Part shown: positions 38,359 through 49,121 of the stretch, in pieces
Layout: every line of letters starts with the position of its first letter
Position numbering within the stretch: the stretch's first letter is position 1
Origin: Acidimicrobiales bacterium
GTDB lineage: Bacteria; Actinomycetota; Acidimicrobiia; Acidimicrobiales; UBA8190
Assembly (NCBI GenBank): GCA_050011815.1
Contig: JBEKIJ010000012.1
Coordinates: 18,974 to 82,973, forward strand
Length of the DNA stretch: 64,000 nucleotides
Direction of reading: 5' to 3'
Notes under the pieces: model-generated
Databases searched by the model: none
What the model was told of the DNA's origin: nothing
Seen by the model: the letters and a program-made list of their open reading frames with translations, nothing else
Made by a program: the position numbers and the translations under genes

Positions 38359-38398
38359 ATCCCGCGGAGCCGGGCCGGTGCGCCGGGGCGGCGGCGGC

Positions 38399-39292
38399 TC
38401 AGGCCAGGACGCGGCGGCGGAAGTTGCGCAGGCCGATGCGGAGGAAGAGGGTGCAGAACCCGATGAGGACCGGGTAGATGACATAGAGGTGCATGTGCTG
38501 GGCGTTGGTGAAGGCGGCGCGCATGCCCTCGTTCACATAGATGAGCGGATTGACGAGCACGATGGTCTGGAGCCAGTGCCAGGACCCCACCTTCACGGGG
38601 ACGAGGCGGGTCCACTGGTAGTAGGTGCCGCCCAGGAAAGTGATGGGAAGGACGACGAACCCGAACATCAGCCCGATGTTGCGGGGTTCGAAGCTGGTGC
38701 CGAGCACGAGGCCCAGCGACGCCATGGCCACACAGGAGATGGGGACCAGGGTGAGGATGTACCACCAGTGCAGGTTGATGTGGGCCTCCACACCGCCGGC
38801 GTGGACCACCGAGGCGATGGGGAGGACGATGACCGCCGAGATCACGCCCTGCATGGCTCCCGACAGAACCTTGGCCATCGCCACCAACCAGATGGGACAG
38901 GGTGCCTGGACACGGTCCTCGATCTCGCGGGTGAACCCGAACTCCTGCGACATTTGCAGTGCCACGGCTTGGACGCCCTGGAACATGATGGAGATCCCCA
39001 CCACGCCGGGAACGAGGACGGTGGCGAATGCCGATGAAGCCGCTCCCGCGCTCCGGCTGCCGCTCCCCCCGACGGCCTGCCCGATCTTGGGGAAGACGTA
39101 GAGGAAGACGAAGCAGAGAAGGAAGGGCTGCACCACCGTGCGGATCACGAACTCGATCTTGTGCTTCCACAGCACCACCAGGTCGCGCAGGATCAGGGCG
39201 CGCAGGGCGATGCGGCTGGCCGACGTGGCGGTGCGCATCGGCGTGGTGGCGATGGGGGAGTGGCCGGCCGGGCTCGGTACGGTCGTCGTCAT
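38399..39292 (-). CDS. ABC-2 type transporter permease (DrrB/NodJ-like)
   Basis: Six TM segments. Its start overlaps the stop of the upstream ATPase. Confidence 0.75.
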   Translation of the reverse strand: MTTTVPSPAGHSPIATTPMRTATSASRIALRALILRDLVVLWKHKIEFVIRTVVQPFLLCFVFLYVFPKIGQAVGGSGSRSAGAASSAFATVLVPGVVGISIMFQGVQAVALQMSQEFGFTREIEDRVQAPCPIWLVAMAKVLSGAMQGVISAVIVLPIASVVHAGGVEAHINLHWWYILTLVPISCVAMASLGLVLGTSFEPRNIGLMFGFVVLPITFLGGTYYQWTRLVPVKVGSWHWLQTIVLVNPLIYVNEGMRAAFTNAQHMHLYVIYPVLIGFCTLFLRIGLRNFRRRVLA

Positions 39293-40281
39293 CAGTCGCG
39301 CAGCTCCCTACCGGTGAGGTCGATGAACACGGTCTCGAGACTGGGCTCGGCCACCGACAGGTCGGCGACCTCGAAGCCGCCGCTCTCGGCCGCCGCCACC
39401 AGGCGGGGGAGGAGGCGGTTGCGGCCCCGGACATGGAGTTCGAGGCCGGCCTCGGTGGAGCGGACGCGGCTCACCTCTTCGATCTCGCGCTGGAGCACCT
39501 CGGCCAGCCGCTGCTGGTCGCCGGGGGCCTTGACGGTCACCACCGTGTCGGCCCCCACGCCCCCCTTGAGGCGGGCGGGGGTGTCGAGGGCCAGGATCTT
39601 GCCGTGGTCCATGATGGCCACTCGCCCGCAGAGCTGGTCGGCCTCTTCCATGTAGTGGGTGGTGAGGACGATGGTCTGGCCTTCGGCGTTGAGCTCCCGC
39701 AGGATGTCCCAGAGCACCAGGCGGCTCTGGGGGTCGAGACCGGCGGTCGGCTCGTCCATGAACAAGACGGCCGGCTTGTGGAAGATCGACCGGGCCACCA
39801 TGAGGCGCTGGGCCATGCCGCCCGACAGCGCGTAGACCGATGCCTTGGCCCACTTCGAGAGCTGGAACTTCTCGAGGAGCTCGTCGGCGGTCTTGCGGGA
39901 GTCCGCCGCGCCGATTCCGAACAGGCGGCCGTGGAAGTAGAGGTTCTCCCACACGTTGAGTTGTCTGTCGAGGGTGTTGGTCTGAGAGACCACCCCCACG
40001 AGCTGTTTGGCCAAAGCGGGGTGGGCCACGACGTCGATGTCGGCGATGAAGGCCTTGCCCGAGGTGGGGATGACGCGGGTGGTGAGGATCCCCGCCGTGG
40101 TGGTCTTGCCCGCGCCGTTGGGGCCGAGCAACCCGAAGATCTCACCGACACCCACCGACAGGTTGAGCTCGTCGACGGCGCGGAAGTCGGTGCCGGTGTA
40201 GATCTTGGTCAGGTCGACGGTGCGGACGATCCCGTCGAGCCCGTCCACGTGGGGCTCGGTGTCGAGGTTGGTCATGGTCAT
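39292..40281 (-). CDS. ABC transporter ATP-binding protein (DrrA/NodI-like)
   Basis: Has Walker A (GPNGAGKTT), the signature motif (LSGGMAQR) and Walker B (VLFMDEPT). Confidence 0.85.
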   Translation of the reverse strand: MTMTNLDTEPHVDGLDGIVRTVDLTKIYTGTDFRAVDELNLSVGVGEIFGLLGPNGAGKTTTAGILTTRVIPTSGKAFIADIDVVAHPALAKQLVGVVSQTNTLDRQLNVWENLYFHGRLFGIGAADSRKTADELLEKFQLSKWAKASVYALSGGMAQRLMVARSIFHKPAVLFMDEPTAGLDPQSRLVLWDILRELNAEGQTIVLTTHYMEEADQLCGRVAIMDHGKILALDTPARLKGGVGADTVVTVKAPGDQQRLAEVLQREIEEVSRVRSTEAGLELHVRGRNRLLPRLVAAAESGGFEVADLSVAEPSLETVFIDLTGRELRD

Positions 40282-40399
40282 GGTCGTTCAACGGGCAAGG
40301 CTACTGATCGCGGCCCAACCCGATCGTCATCGCTCCGGATCGCGTCCGACGCCGTGGCCTCCCGGTGGATATCTCCGCCCGCCGGGTCCATGCGGAGGG

Positions 40400-40937
40400 T
40401 CATCGCCGCTTGGCCTTGGACCCTTGCGCAGCCTCCCGGTCGAGCTCCGCGGCCCGGGCGCGCATGCGTTTGGCCTTGGCCACGCGCTCGTCTCGGAAGG
40501 CCTTGACGCGACCGAGGGTGTCGTCGAGGCGGGCGACGAGCTTGTCGTTGGCCTCGAGGGCGTCGGCCAGGAGCTTTCGCTGGAGCTCGGGTCGGGCGTT
40601 GGCCTTGTAGGCGTTGCGCAGCTTGTCGAGCACGTCTTCGGTCTCGAGGACCACCCGGATCTCGGCCAGGGAGAAGCCCATGTGCGCCTGGAGCTCCCGG
40701 ATGCGCTTGGCCCGTTCGATCTCGGGGCCGGTGTAGACCCGTTCGCTCCCGTAGCGCTGTTCGCTCGGCGCCAGCAGGCCGATCTCGTCCCAATAGCGCA
40801 GGGTGCGGGTGGTGACCGCGCAGAGCTTGGCGACCTCCCCGATGCGCAAGGTGTGGTCGTCGCCGAGTGGGGTCGGTTCTCCGTGCGCCGACCCGCGGTT
40901 CGTCGTCCCCCGCACCGTCGTGCGCCCTTCGGTCATC
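40400..40937 (-). CDS. MerR family transcriptional regulator
   Basis: N-terminal MerR helix-turn-helix (LRIGEVAKLCAVTTRTLRYWDEIGLL) and a C-terminal coiled coil. The start overlaps the MFS stop in an ATGA arrangement. Coordinates are accurate to about 1-2 nt. Confidence 0.75.
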
Positions 40938-42711
40938 GGGTGCCCTCGGTCTGCAGGATCGACGAGGCCGCCTCGCGGTCGTGGCCGTCGCGCCCGTCGG
41001 GATCGGGGCGGTGTGCCGGCGGCTCCACGTAGACGTACTTCCCACCCCGCATCCACGAGGCCCCCGCGGCCACCAGGCAGGCCACGATGGCGAAGTCGAA
41101 GGCGGCGTGCAGGCCCTGGCGGAAGGGCGCCGAGATGAGGGTGGGGAAGAAGCTTCGGCCCGTGATCACGGCGCGGTGGCCGGCCGAGAGGTGCGCCAGC
41201 ACGGAGCTTCCGAGCAGGTGCTGCATGGGGTTATACCCCAAGAACGCCGCGAACAACGTCGACACCGGCGGCAGGTGCGCCACCCGGTCGGCCACGCCGG
41301 TGGGCACTCCCTGGGCCACGAGGCCGTGGTACATCGAGGCGGGCAGCGAAGCAGAGAGCCCGACGATCATGAGGGTGAAGAAGATGCCGATGGAGAGGAC
41401 CTGAGCGGAGTTCTGGAAGGTGGAGTTCATCCCCGAGCCCGCCCCGCGGTGCTGGGGGGGCAGGCTGTTCATGACCCCGGCGCGGTTGGGCGAGCCGAAG
41501 GCCCCCATGGTGAGCCCCAGGAGCAAGAGGATCACGCCGAAGATCCAGTAGGAGAAATTCACCGGGAGCAGCTCCAGTGCCACAAAGGACGCGGAACAGC
41601 CGAGCATGCCGCCCGTGGCGAAGGGGCGTGCCCCGTAGCGGTCCGACAGCAGGCCCGACAGGGGACCCGCGATGAGGAAGCCGGTCGTGAGGGGCAGCAT
41701 GGCGATCCCCGCCCACAGCGGCGTGCGGGCGAAGTCGTAACCGTGCAGGGGAAGCCAGATGCCCTGCAACCAGATGATGAGCATGAACATGAGCCCGCCG
41801 CGGCCGATCGCGGCCAGGAAGCTGGCCAGCACGCCGGCGGTGAAGGCGCGGATGCGGAAGAGCGGGAGTCGGAACATGGGGTCGTCCACCCGCGTCTCGA
41901 TGATGGCGAAGGCGATGAGCAGGGCCACCCCCGCGCCGAGCTCGCTGAGCACGACGGGTGAGGTCCAGCCCATGGTGTGGTTGCCGTGGGGTTCGATCCC
42001 GTAGGTGATGCCGATCATGATCAAGACGAGGCCGAAGGCGAAGGTGAGGTTGCCGGGCCAGTCGATGTGGGCCCGGGTCCGCCGGCCCACCTCGCGCAGT
42101 TGGAGGTAGCCCCACACCGTCCCGAACAGACCGATGGGTACCGAGACCAAGAAGATCAACCGCCAGTTGATCGGCGCCAGCACGCCGCCGAGGACGAGCC
42201 CGATGAAGGTGCCGCTGATGGCGGCGGCCTGGTTGATCCCGAGGGCCATGCCCCGCTGGTCCTCGGGGAAGGCGTCGGTGAGGATGGCCGACGAGTTGGC
42301 CACCAAGAAGGCGGCGCCGATCCCCTGGAAGACGCGCACCACGATCAACCAGAGACCCGCGGCGGGACCGGACAACCACGTGATCGTGAGCAAGAGGGAG
42401 AAGAACGTGAAGATGGCGAAACCCAGGTTGTACATGCGCACCCGGCCGTAGATGTCTCCCAGGCGACCCAGGTTGACCACGAGGACGCTCGTCACCACCA
42501 GGAAGCTGAGGATCATCCAGAGGAGGTAGAAGCTGTTGCCCGGCTGCAACGGGTCGAGGTGGATGCCCCGGAAGATGTCGGGCAGGGAGATGAGCATGAT
42601 CGAGCCGTCGATCGTCGCCATCACGACGCCCAGGGTGGTGTTGATGAGGGCTACCCACTTGTAGCGGTCGCCCACCTTGCCGTTGCCCGAGGGCCCCTGC
42701 TTGACGTTCAC
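40933..42711 (-). CDS. MFS transporter, DHA2 (14-TMS, EmrB/QacA-like) drug/H+ antiporter
   Basis: 592 aa with 14 predicted TM segments and MFS motif A-like GRLGDIYGRVRMY. Confidence 0.8.
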   Translation of the reverse strand: MNVKQGPSGNGKVGDRYKWVALINTTLGVVMATIDGSIMLISLPDIFRGIHLDPLQPGNSFYLLWMILSFLVVTSVLVVNLGRLGDIYGRVRMYNLGFAIFTFFSLLLTITWLSGPAAGLWLIVVRVFQGIGAAFLVANSSAILTDAFPEDQRGMALGINQAAAISGTFIGLVLGGVLAPINWRLIFLVSVPIGLFGTVWGYLQLREVGRRTRAHIDWPGNLTFAFGLVLIMIGITYGIEPHGNHTMGWTSPVVLSELGAGVALLIAFAIIETRVDDPMFRLPLFRIRAFTAGVLASFLAAIGRGGLMFMLIIWLQGIWLPLHGYDFARTPLWAGIAMLPLTTGFLIAGPLSGLLSDRYGARPFATGGMLGCSASFVALELLPVNFSYWIFGVILLLLGLTMGAFGSPNRAGVMNSLPPQHRGAGSGMNSTFQNSAQVLSIGIFFTLMIVGLSASLPASMYHGLVAQGVPTGVADRVAHLPPVSTLFAAFLGYNPMQHLLGSSVLAHLSAGHRAVITGRSFFPTLISAPFRQGLHAAFDFAIVACLVAAGASWMRGGKYVYVEPPAHRPDPDGRDGHDREAASSILQTEGTR

Positions 42712-42882
42712 GTCAACGGAGACCCTACCTGGGGTTGGGCCCCGGGCCCTACCGACCGGAGAACCCGCCCTGACGGTGCAGAGACCTCCGGGTCACCGGG
42801 CCCGGCCTCGCCTAGGCTTCGTGGGTCGCTGCAAGTCCCGCGGGGGTCTTGGGCGCAACACGTCGGAAGTGGGGTGGGTGTT

Positions 42883-43716
42883 GTGAGACGCCGGGTGAAG
42901 TGGGTGGCATCGCTGGGATTGGTCGCAGCTTTGGGAGTGGGAGCCGCCGCGGGGTTCGCGACCAGCGCGTCGGCGAGACCGAGGCACGTCCATACCACCG
43001 CCACCGCCACGCCCGCCACCGCCCCGGTGACCACGGCGTCGTTCAGCTTCACCGTGTCGGTCAGCGGTATCGCCAAGGGTCTCGGCACCATCAGCTTGAG
43101 CGGGACCGGTCAGGCCGATCTCGTCAATGACGCCGTCTCGTTGTCCGCCACCCTGCCCGCCTCGGTGGCCGCGCTCATCCCCGGGGGTTCGGCCGCACCC
43201 GAGACGGTCAACGCCGTCCTGTCGGGTGGCACCGTCTACGTCGACGTGCCGGCGCTCGCCACGCTGGTGGGTGAGCCCTGGATCTCCGTGGCCCTGCCGT
43301 CGAGTGCGAACAGTGCCATTCCGGGGATCTTCACCGAGGTGGGTGGCGCGCTGGGCGATGTGAACGAGATCCTTGCCTTCGCTCGGTCGCATCACGCCTC
43401 GGTGCACTCCTTGGGGTCCTCGAACGTGGACGGCACGTCGGTGACGGGGAGTCGGGTCTCGGCGCACCTGCAGGGGTTCACCCTCGCCGCCACCTTGTGG
43501 GCGAACTCGTCGGACCAACTGGTCCAGGCCACGGTGCACGGCGGGCACCGCTCGCTCGGGATCTCGGCGGTCGTGAACTTCACCGGCTACGACGGTCCGG
43601 TCACCATCACGGTGCCGCCGTCGTCGGAAGTGAGGGCCATCCCGCTGTCGGTCGTCACGAGCGTCCTCGGAGGGCTCCTCAGCCACGCCCACCTCGGTCT
43701 CGGAAAGAAGATCTGA
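42883..43716 (+). CDS. Secreted hypothetical protein
   Basis: GTG start. Has a signal peptide (RRRVKWVASLGLVAALGVGAAAGFATSASA). The mature domain is Ser/Thr/Ala-rich. Confidence 0.5.
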   Translation: MRRRVKWVASLGLVAALGVGAAAGFATSASARPRHVHTTATATPATAPVTTASFSFTVSVSGIAKGLGTISLSGTGQADLVNDAVSLSATLPASVAALIPGGSAAPETVNAVLSGGTVYVDVPALATLVGEPWISVALPSSANSAIPGIFTEVGGALGDVNEILAFARSHHASVHSLGSSNVDGTSVTGSRVSAHLQGFTLAATLWANSSDQLVQATVHGGHRSLGISAVVNFTGYDGPVTITVPPSSEVRAIPLSVVTSVLGGLLSHAHLGLGKKI

Positions 43717-43938
43717 CCAGCACTTTCCCCACCGTTGTGAAAGGCGGCCTTTCAACGCGCCGCCCCGAGGAGTAGGACTGGGTCCCAGAGATCCATCCAC
43801 CTCGTGGTGGGTCGCGCTCCCACAGAAGGCAGGCCCGATGGACAAGCCGGTCGAGCAGGACCTCGAGACACAAGGATTGGACCACGACGAGAGCGATTCG
43901 GTGCTCGACGTCGGATCCGAGGACATCGAGTCCGAGCT

Positions 43939-44709
43939 CTACTCCTCGACCCGAGAGGCGGGGATGGGCGCCGTGGCCTTCGGTCCGGTCGAGGCCATCT
44001 GAGCCGAGGTCGCCAGGCGGGTGTGGAGGCCGTCTTTCACCCGTGGCCAATCCTCGGCCAGCACCGAGAACAACACGGTGTCACGGACGGTGCCGTCGGC
44101 CCGTCGCTGGTAACGGCCCAAGGTGCCCTCGTAGCGGGCGCCGAGCCGAGCGATGGCGCGCTGGCTGCGACTATTGCGCACGTCGGTCTTGAGCTGGACG
44201 CGGCCGGCCCGGAGGTCGTCGAAGGCGTAGCCGAGGAGCAACAGCTTGGTCTCGGGGTTGACCGCCGTGGCCCACACGTCGTGGCGGTAGGCGGTGGCGC
44301 CGATCTCGAGGCGGGCGTCGTGCACCGCGATGTCGAGGTAGCTGGAGGTGCCGACCACCGCCCCGGCCGGCAGGCCGGCGTAGGGCACCTGTAACCGGAC
44401 GACCCAGGGGAACCAGCCTGTCTGGATGCGGCCCCTCAGGAACTGCGCGTAGGAGCCGGGGTCCGAGACCCGAAAGGGGAGGTGCTCCCAGACCCGGTCG
44501 TCATCGAGGGCCCCGAAGAGCGCCTCGGCATCGCGGTCGGGATCGACGGGGGCGACGGCGACGACCCGCCCGGCCAGCACGGTGTCGGGTGGTGGTGGCC
44601 ATGACATGGCCGGCCAGGCCGTGTCCTCGGGCCGGGCGTCGGCCACCGGCACGAAGTCTCGGTGCGGTGAATCAGCGCCGGTCGCAGTCACCTCACCATT
44701 GTGGTCCAC
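43939..44709 (-). CDS. GNAT family N-acetyltransferase (RimJ/RimL-like)
   Basis: The C-terminal half has acetyltransferase motif A (RSQRAIARLGARYEGTL). The start is uncertain. Confidence 0.55.
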   Translation of the reverse strand: MDHNGEVTATGADSPHRDFVPVADARPEDTAWPAMSWPPPPDTVLAGRVVAVAPVDPDRDAEALFGALDDDRVWEHLPFRVSDPGSYAQFLRGRIQTGWFPWVVRLQVPYAGLPAGAVVGTSSYLDIAVHDARLEIGATAYRHDVWATAVNPETKLLLLGYAFDDLRAGRVQLKTDVRNSRSQRAIARLGARYEGTLGRYQRRADGTVRDTVLFSVLAEDWPRVKDGLHTRLATSAQMASTGPKATAPIPASRVEE

Positions 44710-44751
44710 GCCGCGGCCGAGCCCGGCCGGACGTGGATCGAGCGTCGGTGG

Positions 44752-46090
44752 CTAGGCGGTGCGTGACGCGAAGAGCTGGCGCAGGTGGACGCGGCCCCCG
44801 GTGCGCAAGATGGCGCGCCGGTAGACCACCGAGGCGAGGCGGGCCACGCCCACGGTGGCGACGAGCATGAAGACGACCGACACCGTGAACTGCCACCAGG
44901 TGACCGCACCCAGCCCGACGAGCACCGGCATGGCGAAGGGGGCGGTGGGCGGCAGATAGGCGAGCACCTTCACCAGTTCGGAAGGTTGGCCTGCGCCCAG
45001 AGCGGTGAAGGAGACGATGTAGCCGAACAGGATCGGCAGCTGGAGGGGGAAGGCCAGGCTCTGGACCTGCTCCTGGCGATCGGCCAGCGAGCCTCCCGCG
45101 GCGTAGACCCAGCAATAGAAGGCGTAGCCGAGGATCACCCACAACAGGGCGCTGACGATCCCGAGGGGAGCGGTGCCGTGGATCAGGGTCGAGCCCTCGG
45201 CCGCGCCCAGCCCGAGGGCGACGGCGACGATGAGCCCGGCCTGGAGCAGGGCCACCGCCCCGATGCCGATGACCTTGCCGGCGAGGAGCTGGCGGGGGCG
45301 CAAGGTCGAGAGCAGGACCTCGATGACGCGCGACGACTTCTCCTCCACCACGCCGATGAGGAGCCAGGTGCCGAACTGGGTGAGGAGCACGTAGGTGAGG
45401 ATGAGGCCGTACACCGCGGTGGTCTTCCCGGTCTCGCTCGCCTTGGTCTTGTGGGGGAGCGGTTTCAGGCTCTGCACCGGCAGCGGCGGGGGATGGGCGA
45501 GACGCAGGGCGTTCGCCGGCGCGATGCCGGCCCCCTCGAGCCCCGCCTGCACGCTGACCGACTCCGCCAGGGCGTCCACCACCAGGGCGGTGTTCGACGT
45601 GTCGGAGGGATCGAGCGCCTGGTCGACCAGGATCCGTCGGGTGCCGTCCAGGACCACGTCGACGCGGCCTCCGGCCAGGGCCCCCTTGGCCGAGGCGAGC
45701 GAGGTCTCGGGCACGAGCCTCACCTTGACTCCCACCGCGTCACCGGCGGCGACCACCGTGGTGCGCAGCGGGATCGACAAGGTGCCGACGACCCCGACGC
45801 GGGTGGGGTGCGTGGTGCTCTTGCGCAGGACCGGGATCGTCACCGCCGCCGCCACCGCCAGCAGAATGATGAGTGTCGCCACCCGGAAGGTCCGGCCCTT
45901 GATGCGCTCGCGCACCTCGCGGCGGGCCACGAGCCCGACGTCGCCGCCCAGTCTGTCCAGCATCGCGGCGACGGGCCGGGGGCCGGCCCCGCCGTCGGGA
46001 ACCGACGCCTCGGCGCCGGCCCGGCGGCGGTTGCGCAGTCGCATGGTGACGCGCACCACCAGGAACACCGCCACCAGGGGCAGGATGATG
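44752..46090 (-). CDS. ABC transporter permease with a large extracytoplasmic loop (ABC-2 family)
   Basis: A TM1 segment is followed by a ~200-aa loop and then five C-terminal TM segments. The GTG start overlaps the ATPase stop in a GTGA arrangement. Confidence 0.7.
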
Positions 46091-46094
46091 AATT

Positions 46095-46982
46095 TCACAC
46101 CAGGGCCTCGCGAAAGACCTCGGAGAGCCGCTGTCTCTCGAACCCGAACTGCTCGACGGGGCCAGCCTGCATGGCGGCCGCCAGGACGGCCTGGGGGTCT
46201 GTTCCCTCGTCGAGCACCATGCGCACGGCGCCGCTCTCGACGCGTGAGATGTGCACACCGGGGACCGATCCCGCCCATGCCCCTGCGAAGTCGCCCTCGA
46301 CCTTGACGACGAGTCGTCGGCGCCCGGCCGTGGTGAGGTCCTCCACCGTCCCCGCTGCCACCAGGCGGCCGTGGTCGATGATGGCGACCGACTGGCAGAG
46401 GTCTTCGACGAGGTCGATCTGGTGGCTCGAGAACAACACGCCCCGCCCGGCGGCAGCCTCGGCGACGAGAACGGCGCTCACGGCGTCGACCCCCACGGGG
46501 TCGAGCCCCGAGAGGGGCTCGTCGAGGACGAGGAGCTCGGGCTCGTGGACCAGAGCGGCGGCCAGTTGGACCCGCTGCTGGTTGCCGAGCGACAGGGTCT
46601 CGAGCTTGTCGGTGGCACGGTCGGCGACGCCGAGCTTGTCGAGCCAACGCAGCGCCGCGCTCCGGGCCGAGCCGGCGGCCACGCCGTGCAGTCGCGCCAG
46701 GTACTCGATCTGGTCGACGACCACCATGTTCGGATAGAGGCCCCGCTCCTCGGGCATGTAGCCGAAGCGCTGACGATCCTTGGCGGTCACCGCCGCGCCG
46801 TTCCACCGCACGACGCCGGCGTCGAGCCCGACCAGCTCGAACACGGCGCGCATGGCTGTGGTCTTGCCCGCCCCGTTGGGACCGAGGAACCCGAAGACCT
46901 GCCCGTTGGGCACCGTGAACGAAAGCGCGTCGAGTGCGACGACGTCGCCGAAGCGGCGGGTGAGCCCGTCAAACTCCAGCAT
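46095..46982 (-). CDS. ABC transporter ATP-binding protein
   Basis: Has Walker A (GPNGAGKTT), the signature motif (LSLGNQQR) and Walker B (LLVLDEPL). Confidence 0.85.
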   Translation of the reverse strand: MLEFDGLTRRFGDVVALDALSFTVPNGQVFGFLGPNGAGKTTAMRAVFELVGLDAGVVRWNGAAVTAKDRQRFGYMPEERGLYPNMVVVDQIEYLARLHGVAAGSARSAALRWLDKLGVADRATDKLETLSLGNQQRVQLAAALVHEPELLVLDEPLSGLDPVGVDAVSAVLVAEAAAGRGVLFSSHQIDLVEDLCQSVAIIDHGRLVAAGTVEDLTTAGRRRLVVKVEGDFAGAWAGSVPGVHISRVESGAVRMVLDEGTDPQAVLAAAMQAGPVEQFGFERQRLSEVFREALV

Positions 46983-47100
46983 CGGGCCTGGTTATCACAC
47001 CGCCTGCGGAGATGGGCCGACACCCCATGATCGGGCTCGCGCATGGAGCCTCTCGGGTGCGTCGGAAAGGTGCACGCCGCCCAGGTCGTAGCCTCGAGCC

Positions 47101-48381
47101 GTGAGGACCGATCGCCGGCTGGGTCCGCTGTCGTCGCGCGACTTCCGTCTGTTTCTGGTGGGCCGGCTGACCTCGTTCATCGGGACGGGCATGCTGCCGG
47201 TGGCGTTGGCCTTCGCCGTGCTCGGTCGACACGGGTCGACGTCGGAGGTCGGGTACGTGCTCGGCGCCGAGACGCTCCCGCTCGTGGTGTTCCTCCTGGT
47301 GGGTGGGGCCGCCGCGGACCGGCTGAACCGGCGGGTCGTGATGCTCAGCGCCGATGTGCTGCGGGCGGTCGCCCAGGGCGTGCTGGCGGCGTGGATCTTG
47401 GTGGGCCGTCCTCCTCTGTGGGGATTCCTCGTCACCCAGGCCCTGGTGGGGACGGGCAACGCCTTTTTCACGCCGGCCATGACGGGGTTGATTCCCGAGG
47501 TGGCCCCGGCCGAAACGCTCCAGCAGGCCAACGTGCTCAACAGCATGGCCGAGTGGTCGGGTCGGTTGTTCGGGCCCGCCTTGGCGGGCGTGATCGTGGC
47601 GACGGCGGGGCCGGGGTGGGCGGTGGGGGCCGACGCCGGGACGTACCTCCTGAGCGCGCTGTGCCTGGCGGGGTTGCGGGTCGGCTGGTCGGGGACCGCC
47701 GCCACCGAGTCGTTCGTCGCCCAGTTGCGCACCGGATGGCGGGCCTTTCGATCCCGCACGTGGTTGTGGTCCATCGTGGTGCAGTTCTCGTCCTACGGGT
47801 TCTTCGTGTTCGCGCCGTTCTTCGTCCTCGGTGCGGTGGTGGCGAACCAGTCCCTGGGGGGAGCCGCGGCGTGGGGAACCGTTCTCGCCTTGCAGGGTCT
47901 CGGGTCCGTGCTCGGCAGCGTCGTGATGTTGCGGGTGCGGCCGCGCCGTCCCTTGCTCGTGGCCGAGGTCGGCCTTTTCGGCTTCGCCCTCCCGATGGTG
48001 GCGCTGGCGGCACGGGCCCCGCTGGCGGTGGTGGCGTCCGCGGCCCTCGTCTCGGGAGCGTCGATCGGTGTCTTCGGGCCCCTGTGGGACACGACCATGC
48101 AGAGCCAGTTGCCACCCGCCGTCCTGTCGCGGGCGAGCGCCTACGACTGGTTCGGGTCCATGGTGTTCCTCCCCCTGGGCTACGCCCTGGCCGGCACCCT
48201 GGCGCGTCTGTTGGGGATCGACGGCTCGCTCTATCTGGGGGCGGGGTGGCTCGTGCTCACCACCGCGGTGGTGGTCTCGCTCCCCGGCGTCACGTCACTG
48301 GTCGGCGTGGGACATCGGTCGGCACCCGGGGCGCCGCCGCCGCCCACGCCGGTGGAACCGATCCGAGAGAGAAGAGGCTGA
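47101..48381 (+). CDS. MFS transporter (12 TMS)
   Basis: GTG start. The MFS motif GRLTSFIGTGM and 12 TM segments are present. Confidence 0.8.
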   Translation: MRTDRRLGPLSSRDFRLFLVGRLTSFIGTGMLPVALAFAVLGRHGSTSEVGYVLGAETLPLVVFLLVGGAAADRLNRRVVMLSADVLRAVAQGVLAAWILVGRPPLWGFLVTQALVGTGNAFFTPAMTGLIPEVAPAETLQQANVLNSMAEWSGRLFGPALAGVIVATAGPGWAVGADAGTYLLSALCLAGLRVGWSGTAATESFVAQLRTGWRAFRSRTWLWSIVVQFSSYGFFVFAPFFVLGAVVANQSLGGAAAWGTVLALQGLGSVLGSVVMLRVRPRRPLLVAEVGLFGFALPMVALAARAPLAVVASAALVSGASIGVFGPLWDTTMQSQLPPAVLSRASAYDWFGSMVFLPLGYALAGTLARLLGIDGSLYLGAGWLVLTTAVVVSLPGVTSLVGVGHRSAPGAPPPPTPVEPIRERRG

Positions 48382-48522
48382 GCGAGAAGGGGCCGAGAAG
48401 GGGCTGAGCGAGGCTCGCCTGGTCTCCGGCCCGGCGCCGGGATTCAGCGCGCCCGGAGTCGGACTGGAAAGGTCCGCGGCGGGAAAACCACGGTCAACCC
48501 AACTCCGGGCACGGTCGCCACG

Positions 48523-49062
48523 TTACCCGGCGCCGGGTGTGGGCATTCCGGGCCAGCAATCGACGGCGGCTCGCACGTGGCGCAGAGCCACGAGCCCCTT
48601 CACCAGTCCGACCACGAAGTTCCCGGCCGTATCGGCGACGAGCCTGACGATCACGAGACGATGGCCCGACAGCGCCCGGGCCACCCACGCCGATTCCATG
48701 TCGACCGCCAGCGCGCCGGTGCGGGCCAGCTCGGCGCGGCGTTCGCCGTGGACGAGGGTCTTCGACGAGGCGATGGGCCCGAGGTGGACGCGGCGCCCCG
48801 CGCCTCGCAGGGCGGTGGCCACCGCGTCGGCATCGGCGGCCGACAGGTCCAGCTCGTCCCCGTCGGGACCGCGCACCGATGTGGCCACCACGATCTCCCC
48901 GGGCGCCAGGGCGGGGTCGAGCCCACCGGAGATCCCGGCCAGGACGACGGGGGCACCGGGTTCGATGCGTTGCGCCAAGGTCTGGGCCGCCGCATGGGCG
49001 CGGGCGTGGCCCATGCCGGTGCGGAGCACCTTGCCCCCGATGGCGAGGGCCTCGAGGCGCAT
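48523..49062 (-). CDS. PNP_UDP_1 nucleoside phosphorylase-family protein (MTA/SAH nucleosidase or futalosine hydrolase-like), N-terminally short
   Basis: Motifs TGMGHARAHAAAQTL, VVLAGISGG and DMESAWVA align to the middle and C-terminal parts of MTAN. The ~40-aa N-terminal beta-strand region (IGIIGAMxEE) is absent. The gene lies directly downstream of lhr. Confidence 0.5.
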   Translation of the reverse strand: MRLEALAIGGKVLRTGMGHARAHAAAQTLAQRIEPGAPVVLAGISGGLDPALAPGEIVVATSVRGPDGDELDLSAADADAVATALRGAGRRVHLGPIASSKTLVHGERRAELARTGALAVDMESAWVARALSGHRLVIVRLVADTAGNFVVGLVKGLVALRHVRAAVDCWPGMPTPGAG

Positions 49063-49121
49063 GGCGGCCACGAAGGTGGCGCCGTCAGGGGAGGGGGAGG
49101 GGGCCGGGCGCCCGCCGCCGT

